Of a stretch of DNA of 64,000 bases, positions 1-8,390 are shown in pieces. The DNA is from Nitrospirota bacterium. GTDB taxonomy: Bacteria; Nitrospirota; UBA9217. The notes beneath the pieces were generated by a model. It did no database searches. It was not told the origin of the DNA and saw only the letters and a program-made list of their open reading frames with translations. The stretch spans positions 256,001 to 320,000 of the forward strand of contig CAWIYV010000007.1 in the NCBI GenBank assembly GCA_963840455.1, given 5' to 3'. Both the position numbers and the translations under genes were made by a program. Each line of letters starts with the position of its first letter. Position 1 is the stretch's first letter.

Positions 1-2
1 TG

Positions 3-92
3 AAGCGCTTCGGATTCTCGGTGGAGGAGAACCACGTCAAGCACGGGAAGTGCGTGGACTGCGGTGCGAAGATCGATGGTGTGTGGGAATAA
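3..92 (+). CDS. 3' end (partial) of probable AmmeMemoRadiSam system radical SAM enzyme
   Basis: Manual translation of frame 3 gives KRFGFSVEENHVKHGKCVDCGAKIDGVWE*. The RxGF...N...G.CxxCG..I.GVW ending is typical of this family's C-terminus. Only 29 aa are visible. Confidence 0.6.
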   Translation, partial: KRFGFSVEENHVKHGKCVDCGAKIDGVWE

Positions 93-112
93 CGGCAGGG
101 GTCAGGGAAAGA

Positions 113-544
113 ATGGGAAAAGATATATTGAGGTCCAGCTTCGAGACCTTTGAACATGAAGCGGACATCGGCATCCGCGGCTTCGGGACTACGCTGGAGG
201 AGGCGTTCGCGAATGCAGCGGCTGCGCTCTATTCGGTGATGGTGGACATCATCTGTGTTGACCAGAAAGAGTTCCGCGGCGTGAATGTGTCGGCAGACGA
301 CCAGGAGCAGCTGCTGGTGGAGTGGTTGAACGCGCTTCTCGCGGTCTCCGATATCGAACGCATGGTCTTCTCGAAGTTCGAGGTCAGGATCGAGGGGAAC
401 CGGCTTGCGGGAACAGCCTGGGGAGAGCACCTTGACCGGACCAGACATCATGCCCACGTGGAGGTCAAAGGCGCGACCTATCATATGCTGGGCATCCGGC
501 AGGAGAACGGGCGGTTCGTGGCACAGTGCGTAGTGGATGTGTGA
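113..544 (+). CDS. Archease (SHS2 domain, RtcB activator)
   Basis: FEHEADIGIRGFG start, EVKGATYH and VVDV C-terminus; directly upstream of rtcB. Confidence 0.92.
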   Translation: MGKDILRSSFETFEHEADIGIRGFGTTLEEAFANAAAALYSVMVDIICVDQKEFRGVNVSADDQEQLLVEWLNALLAVSDIERMVFSKFEVRIEGNRLAGTAWGEHLDRTRHHAHVEVKGATYHMLGIRQENGRFVAQCVVDV

Positions 545-650
545 GAAGTAAAAGTCAGGAGATGAGAGTCAGAATACAGAAGAGGGTGGAAAGAAGACGG
601 CATGCCCTGTTCTTTTCTCCTCACTCCTGACTTCTGGTTTCTGATCCCTG
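543..650. repeat. Intergenic imperfect inverted repeat with ~7-bp periodic arms
   Basis: AGAAGTAAAAGTCAGGAGATGAGAGTCAGAA ... TCTCACTCCTGACTTCTGGTTTCTG; related structure at 41771-41832. Confidence 0.55.
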
Positions 651-664
651 CTGTCGAGAGTCCT

Positions 665-2095
665 ATGGACCCGAGATCGTTCGAAAAGGTCAACGATTAT
701 TGCTGGGAGATCCCCCGGGCCGGGGACATGAATGTGCCGGGACGGATCTTCGCGAGCGAGAAGCTGATCACCGAGATGGACGAGAAGGTGCGCGAGCAAG
801 TGAGGAACGTCGCATGCCTTCCCGGCATCCAGGCAGCCTCGATGGCCATGCCTGACGCGCACTGGGGCTATGGTTTTTCCATCGGCGGTGTGGCAGCCTT
901 CGATCCCGACGAGGGTGGCATCATCTCCATGGGCGGCGTGGGGTTCGACATATCCTGCGGCGTACGCACCATGAAGACCGGCCTGATAAAGGACGAGGTC
1001 CTGCCCCGGCTCGAACGGCTGGTGGACCAGTTCTACAGCCGCGTTCCCGCAGGTGTCGGGTCGGAAGGGCTCATCAAGCTCAATACCTCCCAGATCGACG
1101 ACATGCTCCTGGGCGGCGCCGAGTGGGCGGTGAAAAAAGGCTATGGTGTGAAGGAGGACCTGGCGTATATCGAGGAGCGCGGCAGGGTGGACGGCGCGGA
1201 CCCCGCGCAGGTCTCGGCTACGGCAAAGAAGCGGCAGGAGCGCGAGATGGGCACCCTCGGCTCGGGCAATCACTATCTCGAAGTTCAGGTCGTTGACGAA
1301 ATCTATGACGCTCAAGCGGCTCAGGCCATGGGGCTCCGGAAAGACGGCGTGGTCATCTCGGTGCACTGCGGCTCCCGCGGACTGGGGCATCAGATCGGCA
1401 CCGATTATCTCAGGAGCCTCGCCAACGCTGCGCAGCGGTTCAAGCTGCCGATCAAGGACCGCGAACTCGCCTCGGCGCCCATCACGTCGCCCGAGGGGAA
1501 GGCCTATTTCGGCGCCATGAGCGCGGGCATCAATTGCGCTCTGGCGAACCGGCAGATCATCACGCACCTGGTACGGGAGATCTTCACCGGTGTCTTTCCT
1601 GAAGGACGCCTTACCATGCTCTACGACATCAGCCATAACACGTGCAAGGTCGAGTCGCACGTCGTGAAAGGGAAAAAGAAACGTCTCTTCGTGCACCGCA
1701 AGGGCGCCACGCGCGCTTTCGGGCCGGGTGAGATCGACCTGCCGCAGGAATACCGGCACGCGGGACAGCCGGTGCTGATCGGGGGGACCATGGGAACGTC
1801 GTCGTATATCCTCATCGGCACGGAGGAGGGGATGCGGGTGGCCTTCGGTTCGGCCTGCCACGGAGCGGGCAGGTCCATGTCGCGTACACAGGCGAAAAAA
1901 CAATGGCAGGGCAGGGACGTCGTGCGGTCGCTCGAAGGTCAAGGCATCCTGGTTCGGGGCCATTCCTACTCCGGTATTGCCGAGGAGGCGCCGGGGTCCT
2001 ACAAGGACGTGACCGAAGTCGTGGATTCCGCACACCACGCGAACCTGGCGCGGAAAGTGGCGCGCGTAAGGCCGCTGGCCTGCGTCAAGGGATAA
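665..2095 (+). CDS. rtcB: RtcB RNA-splicing/repair ligase
   Basis: MPDAHWGYGFSIGGV, GFDISCGVR, GTLGSGNHYLE, HCGSRGLG, HRKGAT, SACHGAGR and EEAPGSYK motifs. Start moved to ATG 665 because the upstream extension runs through a repeat. Confidence 0.96.
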   Translation: MDPRSFEKVNDYCWEIPRAGDMNVPGRIFASEKLITEMDEKVREQVRNVACLPGIQAASMAMPDAHWGYGFSIGGVAAFDPDEGGIISMGGVGFDISCGVRTMKTGLIKDEVLPRLERLVDQFYSRVPAGVGSEGLIKLNTSQIDDMLLGGAEWAVKKGYGVKEDLAYIEERGRVDGADPAQVSATAKKRQEREMGTLGSGNHYLEVQVVDEIYDAQAAQAMGLRKDGVVISVHCGSRGLGHQIGTDYLRSLANAAQRFKLPIKDRELASAPITSPEGKAYFGAMSAGINCALANRQIITHLVREIFTGVFPEGRLTMLYDISHNTCKVESHVVKGKKKRLFVHRKGATRAFGPGEIDLPQEYRHAGQPVLIGGTMGTSSYILIGTEEGMRVAFGSACHGAGRSMSRTQAKKQWQGRDVVRSLEGQGILVRGHSYSGIAEEAPGSYKDVTEVVDSAHHANLARKVARVRPLACVKG

Positions 2096-2102
2096 AAGGA
2101 CA

Positions 2103-2328
2103 TTGATGCTCCCTCCAGCAAGCTGCAGGGAATCTTCGATCCTCAGGGCATTATGTTTATTCTAATCGCTCGTTAACCCCGCAGCAAGCTGCGGGGAATG
2201 CGCTCGCTCCTGGATTTAAGCTCCCTGAAAATTACTCCATGGAGCTTCGATCCTCAGGGCATTTTGTTTATTCTAATCGCTCGCTAGCCACGCAACAACT
2301 GCGGGGAATGCGCTCGCTCCTGGATTCA
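2103..2328 (+). mobile_element. Head-to-tail tandem pair of ~115 bp palindromic non-autonomous element (MITE/PATE-like)
   Basis: Two copies sharing CTTCGATCCTCAGGGCATT..TGTTTATTCTAATCGCTCG..hairpin..GCGGGGAATGCGCTCGCTCCTGGATT; homologs at 43492, 44415 and 48392. Confidence 0.75.
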
Positions 2329-2350
2329 GTATGCATGGGAAAGGTCGTGC

Positions 2351-3178
2351 ATGAACAAAAGGTTCCTTGTCGTTGCAGCGGTCGTACTCATCATCGTAGC
2401 CATTTCGCTCGTCCAGTATCTCAGGCATGAACGGGATGACGGAACGCTCCTGCTCTCGGGCACCGTCGAAGTGACCGAGGTGAACCTCGGGTTCAAGGCT
2501 GCGGGGAGGTTGTCCGCGCTGGTCGTCGACGAAGGTCAGCGCGTGATGAGGGGTGACCGCCTTGCAGAGCTGGACAGCGCTGAAATGAAGAACATCGTGG
2601 CGCAGAACAGGGCGGCGGTGGAGGTTGTCGAGGCCGAACAGGAACGGTCGCGCAAGGACTATGAACGAGCCGTTGCGCTCGTCGAGAAGGAGGTCATCCC
2701 TCCCCAGCAGCTGGACGCGGCGAAAAAGTCCTATGACGCCGCGATAGCGCAGCTCCGACAGACCCGTGCCGCCCTCGCGGCATCCCAGGACCGCTTGCGG
2801 GACATGGTCATCACGGCGCCGGTATCAGGCGTGGTCCTGCGCAAGAATTCTGAGGCTGGTGAGACCGTCGCGGCTGGTGCAGCCGTCTACACCCTCGGGG
2901 ACCTGGAAAACCCGTGGATTAGGGTCTATGTGAAGGAAGATAAGCTGGGCCTCGTGAAGCTCGGCCAGAAGGCAGAGGTCATGACGGATTCCTTCCCGAA
3001 AAAAACCTACCTTGGTATAGTGACCATGATCTCATCAGAGGCCGAGTTCACTCCGAAGAACGTTCAGACCCAGGAAGAACGGGTCAAACTCGTCTTTGCC
3101 TTGAAGGTGAGTGTTAAGAACGAGAACGAGGAGCTTAAACCTGGCATGCCTGCAGATGTAAAGATAATCCTGAGGTAA
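2351..3178 (+). CDS. HlyD-family periplasmic adaptor (YbhG-like)
   Basis: N-terminal TM segment, lipoyl-like halves (VDEGQRV; ITAPVSG), AEFTPKNVQTQEER and LKPGMPADV. Confidence 0.92.
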   Translation: MNKRFLVVAAVVLIIVAISLVQYLRHERDDGTLLLSGTVEVTEVNLGFKAAGRLSALVVDEGQRVMRGDRLAELDSAEMKNIVAQNRAAVEVVEAEQERSRKDYERAVALVEKEVIPPQQLDAAKKSYDAAIAQLRQTRAALAASQDRLRDMVITAPVSGVVLRKNSEAGETVAAGAAVYTLGDLENPWIRVYVKEDKLGLVKLGQKAEVMTDSFPKKTYLGIVTMISSEAEFTPKNVQTQEERVKLVFALKVSVKNENEELKPGMPADVKIILR

Positions 3179-3256
3179 TAAAATTGGTTATTTAAAACAT
3201 AAAAATGCCATAAATTTAATATGATAGGATCTTTAAGTTAATCCATTGGCTATGAT

Positions 3257-4177
3257 ATGTCTCTCTCCCCGGTAATCGTCGCCACCCATCTTTCGCGTTC
3301 CTTTGGTACCGTTCATGCCGTCAGTGATCTCGACCTTTCCATCAATAAAGGCGAGATGTACGGCCTTGTCGGTCCTGATGGTGCCGGAAAGACCACGACC
3401 ATGCGGCTTCTGACCGGCATCATGACACCGACCTCCGGAGAGGCATGGGTAGGCGGATATTCGGTCCTGTCCGACGCGGAGCAGATCAAGGATAAGATCG
3501 GCTACATGTCGCAGCGGTTCGGATTGTATGAGGACCTGACGGTGATGGAGAACATCCTTTTCTATGCCGATATTTATGAGGTAGCTCAACGGGAACGGCA
3601 GGTCCGGATCGAACGGCTTCTTGGTTTCAGCAACCTCACGCCTTTTGTGGACCGGCTTGCCGGAAAGCTGTCGGGTGGGATGAAGCAGAAACTGGGCCTT
3701 GCCTGCGCCCTGGTCCATACTCCCGAGATTCTGTTCCTCGATGAGCCGACGAACGGTGTTGACCCGGTTTCCCGGAGGGACTTCTGGCGCATCCTGTACG
3801 ATCTCCTGCGCGAGGGGGTCACGATCTTCCTTTCCACTTCCTATCTTGATGAGGCCGAGCGGTGTGCGAGGATAGGGCTCATGCACAAGGGGAAGGTCAT
3901 CATCGAGGACCAGCCGAAGAACGTGAGGAACTCCCTCGCTCTGCCCATGGTGGAGGTCTGGACCGACCAGGCGAGGGCGGCCGGCGAGATTGCCAAGGCC
4001 GTTCACGGCGTGACCAGCGTCAGCGTTTATGGGGACCGGCTCCATATTGGTCTTGAAGGGAAGGATCATGCGGCCGGCGTGCTCAGTAGGCTGGCGCAAG
4101 AAGGCATTTCGATCCAGGACCACCGGGACATCCTGCCTTCCCTTGAGGATGTGTTCATCGCGATGGTGGAACGATGA
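3257..4177 (+). CDS. ABC transporter ATP-binding protein
   Basis: Walker A GPDGAGKTT, LSGGMKQ, LFLDEPT. Confidence 0.95.
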   Translation: MSLSPVIVATHLSRSFGTVHAVSDLDLSINKGEMYGLVGPDGAGKTTTMRLLTGIMTPTSGEAWVGGYSVLSDAEQIKDKIGYMSQRFGLYEDLTVMENILFYADIYEVAQRERQVRIERLLGFSNLTPFVDRLAGKLSGGMKQKLGLACALVHTPEILFLDEPTNGVDPVSRRDFWRILYDLLREGVTIFLSTSYLDEAERCARIGLMHKGKVIIEDQPKNVRNSLALPMVEVWTDQARAAGEIAKAVHGVTSVSVYGDRLHIGLEGKDHAAGVLSRLAQEGISIQDHRDILPSLEDVFIAMVER

Positions 4178-5145
4178 TGCAGGACCGGGGGTCAAGGGGC
4201 ATGGAGAACAACGAACCAGCAGCGCCTAATGGCATCGCCGTCAATGTCCGGGGCTTGACCCGCACCTTCGGCGACTTCACGGCCGTTGACCATATCGACC
4301 TCGAGGTCGCCAAGGGTGAAATATTCGGGTTTCTCGGACCGAACGGCGCGGGCAAGTCCACGACCATCCGCATGCTCTGCGGACTTCTCCTCCCCACCGG
4401 AGGGGAGGGCACGGTAGGCGGCTACGACATCATCACGCGGTCCGAGGAGATCAAGAAGAGCATCGGGTACATGTCCCAGCGGTTCTCGCTCTACGAGGAC
4501 CTCACGGTGGAGGAGAATATCGATTTTTTCAGCGGCATCTACAACGTCCCGCAGGCCAGGAAACAGGCCCGGAAACAATGGGCACTGGACATGGCAGGGC
4601 TCGGCGACAGCCGGGACACCCTGACCAGGACCCTCCCGGGAGGCTATAAACAGCGCCTGGCACTGGGTTGCGCCATACTCCACGAGCCGTCGATCCTGTT
4701 TCTGGACGAGCCGACCTCGGGCGTCGACCCGGTGTCCCGCCGCGGTTTCTGGAGCCTCATCTACGAGATGTCCAAGGCCGGGACCACGGTCTTCGTCACG
4801 ACCCACTATATGGACGAGGCGGATTACTGCGACCGGCTCGCGCTGATCTATCGCGGAGCGATCATTGCCGAGGGAACGCCCGGCGAACTGCGGCAGAAGC
4901 ATATGAAGCGTGACGTCATTGAGATCGAGACGGAGCATGCGGTGACAGCCATGGAGGCGCTGAGCCGTCAGGGTGTCGAAACGGCGATCTTTGGGAGCGT
5001 TCTTCATGCAACGGTAGGGTCTGCCGAGAAGGACATCCCCCGTCTCAGAGGACTGTTGAAGGAAGGGCATATCGTCGTCTATCGTATGGAAAAGATCATA
5101 CCCTCCCTGGAAGATGTGTTTGTGACGCTGATAGAACAGTCATAA
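4174..5145 (+). CDS. ABC transporter ATP-binding protein
   Basis: GPNGAGKST, LPGG, LFLDEPTSGVDP, TTHYMDEA. Alternative start at 4201. Confidence 0.95.
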   Translation: MMQDRGSRGMENNEPAAPNGIAVNVRGLTRTFGDFTAVDHIDLEVAKGEIFGFLGPNGAGKSTTIRMLCGLLLPTGGEGTVGGYDIITRSEEIKKSIGYMSQRFSLYEDLTVEENIDFFSGIYNVPQARKQARKQWALDMAGLGDSRDTLTRTLPGGYKQRLALGCAILHEPSILFLDEPTSGVDPVSRRGFWSLIYEMSKAGTTVFVTTHYMDEADYCDRLALIYRGAIIAEGTPGELRQKHMKRDVIEIETEHAVTAMEALSRQGVETAIFGSVLHATVGSAEKDIPRLRGLLKEGHIVVYRMEKIIPSLEDVFVTLIEQS

Positions 5146-5258
5146 GGCAGTCGAGGGGCAGTCAAGAAACGGTCAAAAAGCACTCGAGTAGCATTCGGCG
5201 GTTGACTGCACGATGACTGTTTCATGACGGCATTATTACCGCATCATGACGAGGTCTT

Positions 5259-6368
5259 ATGAAATTCATCCGCATCAAGGCCATCGCGAAAAAAGAGATG
5301 CTCCAGATCGTCCGGGACCCCCTGAGCCTTGCCATGGGGTTCCTGATGCCGGTGCTGCTCCTGTTCATCTTCGGATACGCCATCTCGCTCGACGTTGACA
5401 ATATCAGGACCATCGTCCACGACCTGGACCGGAGCAGCCTGAGCCGACAGCTCATTGCGGACCTGACGGCATCGGGATATTTCAAGGTCGTGCGGTATGC
5501 GGAGCATCAACGGGAGATCGAGGATTCTCTGGATTCCGGCTCGGCGCGGGTGGGATTGACGGTCCCCGTTGATTTCTCCCGGGACATCCGTGCGGGGAGG
5601 ACCGCCCGGCTCCAGGTGATCGCGGATGGGAGCGATTCCAATACGGCGACCATTGCCCTCGGCTATATCGCAGCGCTTTCGGAGATCTATGCACAGCGCA
5701 TCAGCGGGGTCTCCCGCAAGCCGCTCATCGAGACCCGCTCGCGGGTCTGGTACAACCCGGAGCTGAAGTCGCGGAATTTCATCGTTCCCGGCCTTATTGC
5801 CGTCATCATGATGGTGATCGCCGCGCTGCTTACCTCGCTCTGCATCGCCCGGGAATGGGAACGGGGCACCATGGAGCAGCTGATCGCGACGCCCGTCACA
5901 ACACCCGAGCTCATCCTGGGGAAGATGGCACCCTATTTCCTCATCGGGTTCATCGACATGGCGCTTTCCATCACCATGGCCACCATGCTGTTCGAGGTGC
6001 CGTTCAAGGGGAGCCTGGTCCTTCTGGGTGTCATTTCCTCGGTCTTCCTGTTCGGCGGGCTCAGCTTCGGCATCATCATCTCCATTTTGACCAAGTCCCA
6101 GCTGGTCTCGAGCCAGATCTCGGTGGTCGCAACGTACCTCCCGGCCTTCCTCCTGTCGGGGTTCATGTTCTCGATCTCCAATATGGAGAAGCCGCTCCAG
6201 GTCCTGACCCGCATCGTCCCGGCCCGGTATTTCGTGGCAATTCTGAAAGGCCTCTTTCTCAAGGGCAGCACCGTGCGGTTCCTGATCGTCGACGCGGTCT
6301 TCCTGCTGATCTTCGCGATCGTCACGTTTGCTGTCGCGAACCGGAAATTCGTAAAGAGGATAGGGTAG
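5259..6368 (+). CDS. ABC-2 permease (YbhS-like)
   Basis: KEMLQIVRD, WYNPELKS, REWERGTMEQL and multiple TM helices. Confidence 0.93.
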   Translation: MKFIRIKAIAKKEMLQIVRDPLSLAMGFLMPVLLLFIFGYAISLDVDNIRTIVHDLDRSSLSRQLIADLTASGYFKVVRYAEHQREIEDSLDSGSARVGLTVPVDFSRDIRAGRTARLQVIADGSDSNTATIALGYIAALSEIYAQRISGVSRKPLIETRSRVWYNPELKSRNFIVPGLIAVIMMVIAALLTSLCIAREWERGTMEQLIATPVTTPELILGKMAPYFLIGFIDMALSITMATMLFEVPFKGSLVLLGVISSVFLFGGLSFGIIISILTKSQLVSSQISVVATYLPAFLLSGFMFSISNMEKPLQVLTRIVPARYFVAILKGLFLKGSTVRFLIVDAVFLLIFAIVTFAVANRKFVKRIG

Positions 6369-6438
6369 AAGAAAGCGGATGCGGAGACAGGGGGACAAGG
6401 GGACGGGAACACACGACAAAGGCGAAAAACACGAGACC

Positions 6439-7557
6439 ATGCAGAACAGCATTGAACGCATACGGCAGATGGTGATCAAGGAGTTCATCCAGATCTTCCG
6501 CGACAAACGGATGAAGGCCATCGTCTTTGTCATCCCGCTGCTCCAGACCATGGTGTTCGGCTACGCCGTCACCATGGACGTGAACAACATACCGACCGCT
6601 GTGTACGACCTGGACCGCTCGTATGAGAGCCGGGAGCTCGTGCGAAGGCTCACGGCGTCGAGCTACTTCGATATCCTATACGCTCCGGGATCGCCGGCCG
6701 AGATCAGGGACCTCCTTGACCGGTCCCGGGTCACGGTGGCTATTCAGATCGACCGCGGGTTCTCAGCGGACCTGAACAGGCATATTCCCACGACGGTCCA
6801 GATGCTCGTGGACGGAACGGACTCGAACACCGGGATCGTCGCCCTGGACTACGCGAACCGCATCATCCTGAAATACGCGCGCGACCTGGCCCCGGCCGGG
6901 GCGTCGCTGCCCGTCAGGATCGATCTGCGTCAAAGGGCATGGTACAATCCCGAGCTCAAGAGCAAGAATTACAATGTTCCCGGTGTCATTGCCATGGTGA
7001 TCATGCTCACGTCGCTCCTCCTCACGTCCATGGCGGTGGTGCGCGAGCGGGAGATCGGGACCATGGAACAGCTCATGGTCACCCCACTCCGGCCCGGGGA
7101 GCTTATTCTGGGGAAGACCATCCCCTTTGCCATCATCGCGTTCTTCGACATGGCGCTGGTCACGGTCTTTGGCGTCCTGGTGTTCGATATCCCCATCCAC
7201 GGCTCGCTCGTTCTGCTCCCGCTGTCAACGGCGATCTACCTCCTGTCCATCCTGGGCATCGGACTAGTGATCTCCACCGTCGCGAAGACCCAGCAACAGG
7301 CGCTCATGTCCACGTTCCTGTTCTATATGCCCGCGGTACTTTTATCTGGGTTCATGTTCCCGATCGAGAACATGCCGGACATCTTCCAGTATATGACGTA
7401 CTTGAACCCGCTCCGGTACTTCCTGGTCATCATCCGCGGCCTGTTCCTGAAAGGGAACGGCCTCGCGATCCTCTGGCCGCAGATGGCGGCGCTGCTGATG
7501 ATCGGTATCGTCGTGATCACTTATAGCACGCTCCGCTTCAGGAAGCGGCTCGGGTAA
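6439..7557 (+). CDS. ABC-2 permease (YbhR-like)
   Basis: KEFIQIFRD, WYNPELKS, REREIGTMEQL; paralog of the previous gene. Confidence 0.93.
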   Translation: MQNSIERIRQMVIKEFIQIFRDKRMKAIVFVIPLLQTMVFGYAVTMDVNNIPTAVYDLDRSYESRELVRRLTASSYFDILYAPGSPAEIRDLLDRSRVTVAIQIDRGFSADLNRHIPTTVQMLVDGTDSNTGIVALDYANRIILKYARDLAPAGASLPVRIDLRQRAWYNPELKSKNYNVPGVIAMVIMLTSLLLTSMAVVREREIGTMEQLMVTPLRPGELILGKTIPFAIIAFFDMALVTVFGVLVFDIPIHGSLVLLPLSTAIYLLSILGIGLVISTVAKTQQQALMSTFLFYMPAVLLSGFMFPIENMPDIFQYMTYLNPLRYFLVIIRGLFLKGNGLAILWPQMAALLMIGIVVITYSTLRFRKRLG

Positions 7558-7679
7558 AAGACCGCGCCTGTTCGTGATGCTCCGATCTTCGTGAAATATG
7601 GTATAGTTTGATTATTCTCCCTATAGCATTCTTCCCTAACCATTCCATAGAATAAATTGAGTTACCAAGGAGGTGCAGA

Positions 7680-8381
7680 ATGTCGAAGAAGACTGCATTC
7701 TGGATTTTTCTTATCGGGACAGTATCCTCAGCGATAGTTTTCCTCGGGCTTACCTGGGATACCAATCGCCAGATGGCCGCTCTGTCCCACGTGGATAAGC
7801 TGTCGACCCAGGTGGTCGAAGGGAAGCGGGTCTTTGAGAAGTACAACTGCAACGATTGCCACACGATCCTGGGTTTCGGAGGGTACTACGCCCCTGACCT
7901 GACCAAGGTAGTCCAGCGGATCGGCGAAGACGGCATCCGGTACCGGGTGAAAAGCCCGGAAAAGGCTTTCGCCAATTCCACGCGGAAGATGCCGAACCTA
8001 AAGGTCACGGACGCGGAGATAGAAAGCCTCGTGGCTTTTTTCACCTGGATCGGTAACGTGGACAACGGCGACTGGCCCCCCCAGGACAGCAAGAAGCGGC
8101 TCTCGCGGGGTGAGGAGCGGATGGTAGCCGGTGCCGGCGTGTCGCCGGGCGCGGCCGTGTTCCAGACGCGGGGATGTATGAACTGCCACACCCTTCACGG
8201 GACCGGCGGGACTTTTGGTCCGGTTCTGGACACGATCGGGCGGAAGCTGAACCAGGGGCAGATCGAGCATTATGTCAGAAATCCCAAGTCCGTGAATCCC
8301 AAGGCCATGATGCCGGCACAGAAGGAACTTTCGGACAAGGAACTGGAATCCGTGGCCGCGTTCCTGGCCAATCTTAAATAG
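7680..8381 (+). CDS. norC: Nitric oxide reductase cytochrome c subunit, di-heme (NorC-1)
   Basis: N-terminal TM anchor, CNDCHTILGFGGYYAPDL, WPP, second domain with CMNCH...MMP; RBS AAGGAGG; upstream of norB. Confidence 0.88.
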   Translation: MSKKTAFWIFLIGTVSSAIVFLGLTWDTNRQMAALSHVDKLSTQVVEGKRVFEKYNCNDCHTILGFGGYYAPDLTKVVQRIGEDGIRYRVKSPEKAFANSTRKMPNLKVTDAEIESLVAFFTWIGNVDNGDWPPQDSKKRLSRGEERMVAGAGVSPGAAVFQTRGCMNCHTLHGTGGTFGPVLDTIGRKLNQGQIEHYVRNPKSVNPKAMMPAQKELSDKELESVAAFLANLK

Positions 8382-8390
8382 GAGGCTGAC

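Noticed and set aside
569-2038. Long antisense ORFs (also 5244-6551, 19304-20833, 22795-24126, 37514-38728 and others)
   Set aside because: Shadows of well-supported genes on the opposite strand, caused by GC-rich codon bias; no motifs.
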